Below, in pieces: positions 61,688 to 63,418 of a stretch of 63,418 bases of DNA (position 1 is its first letter; every line of letters starts with the position of its first letter). The DNA comes from Actinomycetota bacterium. Its GTDB lineage: Bacteria > Actinomycetota > Coriobacteriia > Anaerosomatales > PHET01. Position numbers and translations under genes: made by a program. Location: NCBI GenBank assembly GCA_037445775.1, contig JBBIJX010000004.1, forward strand, positions 1-63,418, written 5' to 3'. The notes beneath the pieces are model-generated. The model saw only the letters and a program-made list of their open reading frames with translations, ran no database searches and was not told where the DNA came from.

Positions 61688-62182
61688 ATGGCCGACGGCC
61701 CCAGCCCAGGCGTCAAAGGCGGCTCCCGCGGGCGCGTACGTGCGTTCCTGGCGGAGCGCGGGCTCGATGGAGGCCTCACGGAGTTCGAGCAGTCGACGAA
61801 GACCGCCGCTCAGGCGGCCGAGGCGATGGGGTGCGAACTCGGGCAGATTGTGAAGTCTCTTGTCGTGCTCGTCGACGACGCGGCCGTGCTGGTGCTTGTG
61901 GCCGGCGACCGGCGCGGGGATCTCGACGCGATCGCTTCGGAATTGGGCGGGACGTCCGCACGCATGGCCGATGCGGATGCGGTGCGGGAGGCGACCGGCT
62001 ACGCGATCGGCGGCGTATCGCCTTTCGACCTGCCACAGGGACTCACGGTGCTGGTCGACGACTCGCTCGCGCGCTTCGACACGGTCTATCCCGCTGCGGG
62101 CACACCCTCGTCGATGGTGCGCATGCGCCGCGCGGACCTCATGGAGGTCGCGGGCGGGCGCGTGGCAAGCATCTCGCACTGA
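61688..62182 (+). CDS. YbaK/EbsC-type aminoacyl-tRNA deacylase domain protein
   Basis: QIVKSLVV..., LVLVAGDRR.D, ATGYAIGGVSPF. ATG 61688 lies 2 nt after the GNAT stop. Confidence 0.8.
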   Translation: MADGPSPGVKGGSRGRVRAFLAERGLDGGLTEFEQSTKTAAQAAEAMGCELGQIVKSLVVLVDDAAVLVLVAGDRRGDLDAIASELGGTSARMADADAVREATGYAIGGVSPFDLPQGLTVLVDDSLARFDTVYPAAGTPSSMVRMRRADLMEVAGGRVASISH

Positions 62183-62218
62183 TACGCGCATCCGGCGATC
62201 GAAGGACCCCCAGCTACT

Positions 62219-63418
62219 ATGCCTTATCACGTCATCGAGCGTCCGTCTCGCACGCGCATGGCGCGCCGCTGGATCGTCGCGGGCGTGCTCGTCCTGCTTG
62301 GGGCAACCGCCGCCGCCAGCATAGCCGTGGCGCGCCCGCTGACGGTGACGGTTGACGGCTTGCCGTACGAGGTGGCGGGCGGGACGACGGTCGCGATGCT
62401 CCGCGGCGTTGTGGCATTCAACGCTCCCGCTGGTGACTTGCGTGATATACGCGGCAGCGTCATCGACACCGGAGGCGGGAGCCCAGCGCGCGTCCTGCGC
62501 AACGGCCGCGCCGCCGCTGAGTGGCAACGCCTCTACCCTGGTGACGTGCTCATCAGTAGGCGAGGCCAGAACCGCATCGAGTCCATCGAGATCACAGACG
62601 TGCCGGTGCCGTACGAAACGATCGTTGAAGGGTCCGGCACTCTCGCAGATGTACGGCGTGCGGGCAGAAACGGGCTGCGGCGCGTGGTTCGAGGCGCCGT
62701 GTCAGGCATCGAGATCGGTGATACTCACCTTGCGGATCCCCAACACGAGCTCATCGTCCGGCGCTCACCGCATCCTGGAAGCAAGCTCGTCGCACTCACG
62801 TTCGATGACGGGCCATGGCCCACTTGGACCGAAGCGGTGCTCGAAGTCCTCGCAGAGCATGAGGTACCGGCGACCTTCTTCGTGCTGGGACGCCAGGCAG
62901 AGCGCCATCCCGCCCTTGTGAAGCGCATCGCCGACGGCGGGCATCTCCTGGGCAGTCATAGCGTCTCGCACAAGCGCTTCAACACCGTGAAGCCCGCGCG
63001 CGTGCACAAGGAGACGGTCCAGTCACGGCGCCTCATCGCGGATGCCGCCGGCGTCGACTCGCCGTGGATTCGTCCACCCTACGGTGCCATGAACGCGGGG
63101 GCGTGGAGAGCGGTGCGCGAGGCCGATGGCCGCGTGGTGCTATGGGACGTCGATCCGGAGGACTGGCGCAAGCCGGGGACGAAGAAGATAGCCGATCGCG
63201 TCGTGCGGGCCACCAAGCCCGGCTCGATCGTGCTGCTGCACGATGGCGGAGGAGACCGCACGCAGACCGTGAAGGCGCTGCCGAAGATCATCAAGCGGTT
63301 GCGCCGCGAAGGCTACACGTTCGTGACCGTCGAGGAGCTCGTCGAGGCGAACGGGGTCAAGAAGGGTAAGGCGGCGCTCTCCGCGAGCGACACCGCCCAG
63401 GCGTCCGGCGAGACGCCG
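62219..63418 (+). CDS. Polysaccharide deacetylase (NodB homology domain) with N-terminal anchor and accessory domain; 3' end beyond window
   Basis: This frame is open from ATG 62219 to the window end (400 codons, no stop), so it is absent from the ORF track. TM segment RRWIVAGVLVLLGATAAA. NodB motifs are LTFDDGP, GSHSVSHKRF, IRPPYG and VLLHDGG. Confidence 0.85.
   Translation, partial: MPYHVIERPSRTRMARRWIVAGVLVLLGATAAASIAVARPLTVTVDGLPYEVAGGTTVAMLRGVVAFNAPAGDLRDIRGSVIDTGGGSPARVLRNGRAAAEWQRLYPGDVLISRRGQNRIESIEITDVPVPYETIVEGSGTLADVRRAGRNGLRRVVRGAVSGIEIGDTHLADPQHELIVRRSPHPGSKLVALTFDDGPWPTWTEAVLEVLAEHEVPATFFVLGRQAERHPALVKRIADGGHLLGSHSVSHKRFNTVKPARVHKETVQSRRLIADAAGVDSPWIRPPYGAMNAGAWRAVREADGRVVLWDVDPEDWRKPGTKKIADRVVRATKPGSIVLLHDGGGDRTQTVKALPKIIKRLRREGYTFVTVEELVEANGVKKGKAALSASDTAQASGETP

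Noticed and set aside
1-63418. CRISPR arrays, cas genes, transposases/IS elements, prophage structural genes, rRNA
   Set aside because: I scanned for regularly spaced direct repeats and for characteristic protein motifs in all listed ORFs and found none. The only tandem repeats are the short operator-like ones reported above.

Overview
High-GC chromosomal window with Actinomycetota-like gene content (UPF0182, PspC/LiaF-like, Holin-X-like, leaderless TAnnnT promoters). I call about 55 protein genes and 2 tRNAs (Ile-GAU, Ala-UGC). I saw no rRNA, CRISPR array, transposase or integrase.

Gene content from left to right:
- A cluster of very large secreted proteins: an S8 protease and two paralogous Ig/FN3-repeat proteins. 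It is interrupted by a DUF4143 AAA ATPase and an AbrB-PIN toxin-antitoxin (TA) pair.
- A lower-GC islet carrying an orphan AAA+/wHTH ATPase.
- A secreted zinc phospholipase-C-like repeat protein.
- HAD phosphatase, a MacAB-type efflux tripartite set, DUF151 nuclease, YjbQ, an RHH-PIN pair and tRNA-Ile.
- DEAD-box helicase and an SDR.
- A single 8.8-kb gene for a cyclic beta-1,2-glucan-synthase-like enzyme (GT84 + GH94).
- tRNA-Ala, acylphosphatase, hemolysin-III and an FNR-like reductase.
- Two inverted, translationally coupled HEAT-repeat/HD-GYP gene pairs that bracket a CNNM/LiaF-like/PspC/amidohydrolase/methyltransferase/Maf block.
- UPF0182, an RlpA-like protein, small membrane proteins, two more RHH-PIN pairs, an aminotransferase, Ddl, YtxH, PRC-barrel, GNAT and YbaK.
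- An open-ended polysaccharide deacetylase that is missing from the supplied ORF track.

Most notable observations:
1. An in-frame TGA sits exactly at the first Cys of a thioredoxin CxxC motif. It joins a membrane-anchored rhodanese ORF to a thioredoxin ORF and is followed by a SECIS-like hairpin, so this is a candidate UxxC selenoprotein.
2. A perfect 16-bp CsoR/CstR-type palindrome overlaps that gene's promoter.
3. A canonical T-box antiterminator/terminator switch lies upstream of a PLP aminotransferase.
4. A ~700-nt hairpin-dense non-coding tract lies before tRNA-Ala.
5. The duplicated HEAT/HD-GYP modules share an uncharacterised N-terminal domain.

Many long ORFs in the track are antisense artefacts of the high GC content and were rejected.
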